A stretch of DNA of 64,000 bases from Erythrobacter sp. (GTDB lineage Bacteria > Pseudomonadota > Alphaproteobacteria > Sphingomonadales > Sphingomonadaceae): positions 35,869 to 99,868 of the forward strand of contig JAMNXO010000006.1 in assembly GCA_023653115.1 (NCBI GenBank), read 5' to 3'. Of this stretch, positions 61,102 through 64,000 are shown piece by piece; the first letter of the stretch is position 1; each line of letters opens with the position of its first letter. Made by a program: the position numbers and the translations under genes. Below the pieces are notes generated by a model that worked only from the letters and a program-made list of their open reading frames with translations, did not search any database and was not told the origin of the DNA.

Positions 61102-63078
61102 TTAAGCGTTCAATTTGTTCTGGATTTGCGGAACAATGGCGTCTGCGGTGAGGCCGAAATGGGCGTAAAGATCAGCAATCGGGGCCGAGGCGCCGAAGCT
61201 GTCGATGCCGATCGTGAGCCCGTCGCGCCCCGTATAGCGTTGCCAGCCGAAGGTGCTCGCTGCCTCGATCGAGACGATCAGCGCATCTGCCGGAAGCAGA
61301 TCGGCGCGGTAGGCAGCATCTTGCTCGTCGAACAGTTCGGTGCAGACCATCGAGACAACGTCGGCGCCAATTCCGGCGGCTTCAAGCTGCACGGCGCACT
61401 GAAGGGCGATCTCGACTTCCGAACCGCTGGCAAGGATTACAACCTTGCGCGCAGCATCCGCTGCCTTGAGCCGGTAGCCGCCCTTGGCCGAAAGATTCGC
61501 GCCTGCCTCAAGCCGCAGCTGCGGCAGGTTCTGGCGGGTAAGCGCCAGCACCGTCGGGCGGTCGGGCTGCCGCAGGGCAATGTCCCAGCACTCGGCGGTC
61601 TCGACCGCATCGGCCGGGCGCATGACGAGGAGGTTCGGCATGGCGCGCAGCGACGCGAGATGCTCGATCGGCTGGTGGGTCGGCCCGTCTTCGCCCAGCC
61701 CGATGCTGTCATGCGTCATCACATAGACGACGCGGCAATGCTGGAGCGCCGAAAGCCGGATCGCGCCGCGGGCATAGTCGGTAAAGACGAGGAAGGTGCC
61801 GCCATAGGGGATCACGCCGCCATGCAACGCCATCCCGTTCATCGCGGCGGCCATGCCGAATTCGCGGATGCCGTAATAGACATAGCGACCGGCGTAGTTG
61901 TCGCGGTTGAAGGTGCCGATCCCGCCGGCGAGCGTGTTGTTCGATCCGGTGAGGTCGGCGCTGCCGCCGATGGTGTCGGGCAGCATCGGATTGATCGCAG
62001 CCAGCGCGATTTCCGAAGCCTTGCGGGTGGCGATCTTCTGCGGCGCGGCGATGAGCCCTGCAATGTGGGCATCAAGGCTGAAACCTTCGGGCAGATCGCC
62101 CGCCATGCGGCGCTCGAATTCCCCCTTGTGCGCCGAAGCCGCGAGCCGTCCGGCCCATGCCCCGTGCGCCGCGCGGCCCGGTTCGGCGGCGCTGTGCCAA
62201 TCGGCGAGGATATCGGACGGGATCACGAAGGGCTCCGACGTCCAGCCCAGCGTATCGCGCGCAGCGGCGACTTCGGCCCCGCCCAGCGGCGATCCGTGCG
62301 TGGCGCTGGTGCCCTGCTTGTTGGGCGCCCCCTTGCCGATCAGCGTGCGGCAGGCGACCAGCGAAGGGCGCGGATCGGCCTTGGCCTCGGCCAGAGCGCG
62401 CTCGATATCGGCAAAATCGTGCCCGTCGCACTCGGTGACGTGCCAACCGGTTGCGATATAGCGGGCCTTGATGTCCTCCGAGGTCGACAGATCGGTCGCC
62501 CCGTCGATGGTGATGCGGTTGTCGTCCCACAGCACGTTGAGGCGGCCGAGGCCGAGGTGGCCCGCCAGCCCGATCGCCTCGTGGTTGATGCCCTCCATCA
62601 GGCAGCCGTCGCCCGCGATCACCCAGGTGCGGTGATCGACCAGATCGTCACCGAAAACAGCATTGAGATGCCGCTCGGCCATCGCCATGCCGACCGCCAT
62701 CGCGATGCCCTGCCCCAGCGGCCCGGTGGTGCATTCCACGCCGTCGAGCAGGAAGTTCTCCGGGTGACCCGCGCAGGGGCTGGTCAGCTGGCGGAAATTG
62801 CGGATGTCGTCGATCGTCGGAGCCGCATAGCCGGTGAGGTGCAGCAGGCTGTAGATCAGCATCGAGCCGTGGCCCGCGCTCAGCACGAAGCGATCGCGGT
62901 CAGCCCAGTGCGGCGCGGCAGGATCAAACTTGAGGTGGCCAGTGAACAGCACCGTCGCCACATCGGCCATGCCCATCGGCATCCCCGGGTGGCCCGAATT
63001 GGCAGCCTCCACAGCGTCCATCGACAGGGCGCGGATCGCATTGGCCATGAGCGGCAGGCGGGCGGGTTCGATCGTCAT
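61102..63078 (-). CDS. tkt: Transketolase
   Basis: SGHPGMPMG, GDGCLMEG and THDSIGLGEDGPTHQP. Confidence 0.98.
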   Translation of the reverse strand: MTIEPARLPLMANAIRALSMDAVEAANSGHPGMPMGMADVATVLFTGHLKFDPAAPHWADRDRFVLSAGHGSMLIYSLLHLTGYAAPTIDDIRNFRQLTSPCAGHPENFLLDGVECTTGPLGQGIAMAVGMAMAERHLNAVFGDDLVDHRTWVIAGDGCLMEGINHEAIGLAGHLGLGRLNVLWDDNRITIDGATDLSTSEDIKARYIATGWHVTECDGHDFADIERALAEAKADPRPSLVACRTLIGKGAPNKQGTSATHGSPLGGAEVAAARDTLGWTSEPFVIPSDILADWHSAAEPGRAAHGAWAGRLAASAHKGEFERRMAGDLPEGFSLDAHIAGLIAAPQKIATRKASEIALAAINPMLPDTIGGSADLTGSNNTLAGGIGTFNRDNYAGRYVYYGIREFGMAAAMNGMALHGGVIPYGGTFLVFTDYARGAIRLSALQHCRVVYVMTHDSIGLGEDGPTHQPIEHLASLRAMPNLLVMRPADAVETAECWDIALRQPDRPTVLALTRQNLPQLRLEAGANLSAKGGYRLKAADAARKVVILASGSEVEIALQCAVQLEAAGIGADVVSMVCTELFDEQDAAYRADLLPADALIVSIEAASTFGWQRYTGRDGLTIGIDSFGASAPIADLYAHFGLTADAIVPQIQNKLNA

Positions 63079-63292
63079 GGGCGCGCGTGTCTCCTGATAG
63101 TGCCCGGGCCGGTGGCGGTTGCATGGCGACAGGCGGGCGATTCGATCCCTCGATTGCGGGCTGTGCCATTGCCGAGGCGGCAGGTGAGGTCAACCTTGCG
63201 TGCAACCCGCGCGGCGGGTGCGGCGTGGACGACTTATCAACAGGCAGGCCCAAGGCTTTGCGTGGGCGCGCCTATCTTGGTATTTCAGCCTC

Positions 63293-63508
63293 ATGCACGA
63301 GGACCGTATCGACAGCGCGTTGGGGCGTATCGAGGCCGCAATGGCGCGGATCGCCGCAGCACGCGAATCCGCGGCGGCGCAGGCTGGCCAGCCGGCTGGC
63401 GGCTCGACACGGGTCGTCGAACTGGTCAACGCGCATGAGAAATTGCGCGAACAAGTCGCTGAAAGCCTTCGCGAACTCGATGATCTCATCGGCCAACTGG
63501 AAGCGTAG
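63293..63508 (+). CDS. Small coiled-coil protein upstream of zapA (ZauP/ZapB-like by position)
   Basis: 71-aa heptad-rich ORF in the tkt / small coiled-coil / zapA arrangement. Confidence 0.7.
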   Translation: MHEDRIDSALGRIEAAMARIAAARESAAAQAGQPAGGSTRVVELVNAHEKLREQVAESLRELDDLIGQLEA

Positions 63509-63514
63509 CGCCCC

Positions 63515-63958
63515 ATGAGCACTGTCACCCTCACGATCGGCCCCAAGAGCTATCCCGTCGCCTGCGCCGATGGCGAGGAAGCGCACATCACTGCGCTGGG
63601 TGCGATGATTGCCGAGAAATATGCGCTGCTGGGCAGTGCCCGCGCGCCGCTCGAAGCGCAGAACCTGCTGTTTGCCGCGCTGTTCCTCGCGGACGAACTC
63701 GCCGAAGCGCGCAAGGGCAAACCGGGCAAAGCGGCCAAGGCAGCGTCGCAGGACACCAGCGAGGCCGATGCCTTGCGCGCCGAAATCGCCCGGCTCGAGG
63801 CCGAGCTGGCGCAGGCCAAGCAGGCCCCGCCCGCTCCGCAAGCCGACCTGTTCGGCGGCCCGGATGCCTCGGGCACATTGGCAGACCGGCTCGAGGCGCT
63901 GGCCGCCGAGGCCGAGGCTAGCGCAGCAGCGCTTGAAGCGGCGGCCACGAACGCCTAG
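63515..63958 (+). CDS. zapA: Cell division protein ZapA
   Basis: VTLTIGPKSYPVACADGEEAHI and LLFAALFLADEL, then a coiled coil. Confidence 0.9.
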   Translation: MSTVTLTIGPKSYPVACADGEEAHITALGAMIAEKYALLGSARAPLEAQNLLFAALFLADELAEARKGKPGKAAKAASQDTSEADALRAEIARLEAELAQAKQAPPAPQADLFGGPDASGTLADRLEALAAEAEASAAALEAAATNA

Positions 63959-63967
63959 ATAGATAGG

Positions 63968-64000
63968 TGGCGGGACTGCCCGGCACGAGCCGATTGAATA
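63968..64000 (+). ncRNA. ssrS: 6S RNA, 5' fragment truncated by the window edge
   Basis: Sits directly after zapA (established zapA-ssrS synteny). Promoter-like TTGAAG...CTAGAT at the zapA end. GGCGGGACTGCCCGGCACGAGC resembles alphaproteobacterial 6S 5' ends, from recall. Confidence 0.55.

Noticed and set aside
60508-63438. 976-aa plus-strand ORF, and similar long antisense ORFs (6073-8028, 11519-13606, 19095-20867, 28526-30292, 36985-38688, 51878-53881)
   Set aside because: They lie antisense to well-supported genes and have no recognisable motifs. They are the expected shadow ORFs of GC3-biased coding DNA.

Overview
A GC-rich alphaproteobacterial chromosome segment. Gene content and order suggest Sphingomonadales (Erythrobacter/Porphyrobacter-like); this is an inference. 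Most of it is housekeeping: purL (partial), serB/miaA, ilvBNC, leuA, recJ, tRNA-Glu, phoR-pstCAB-phoU-phoB, panB, the PEP-CTERM-associated sugar transferase-prsK-prsR-TPR operon, an ScfR/RamB-type regulator with aceA, tRNA-Leu, suhB, efp, thiE, fba, pgk, gap, tkt, zapA and the start of 6S RNA. No prophage, IS, integrase or CRISPR array was seen. The notable items are: (1) a CGTC-tagged palindromic REP doublet present once between genes and once inserted in frame inside dnaE2, adding about 30 aa; (2) a split SOS mutagenesis cassette in which dnaE2 is coupled to a radical-SAM gene and a UdgX-fusion gene rather than to imuAB, both units having apparently leaderless LexA-box promoters of identical geometry; (3) a second ~90-bp repeated element with a covarying hairpin, found at the 3' ends of two genes; (4) two COQ4-like paralogues flanking an iodotyrosine-deiodinase-like flavoprotein and sharing an upstream palindrome; (5) a Leu-rich leader peptide before leuA; (6) head-to-head overlapping start codons of serB and miaA; (7) a stand-alone AHH nuclease with an abutting partner gene. 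Family assignments come from recognised motifs, not database searches, and many start codons are my own choices.
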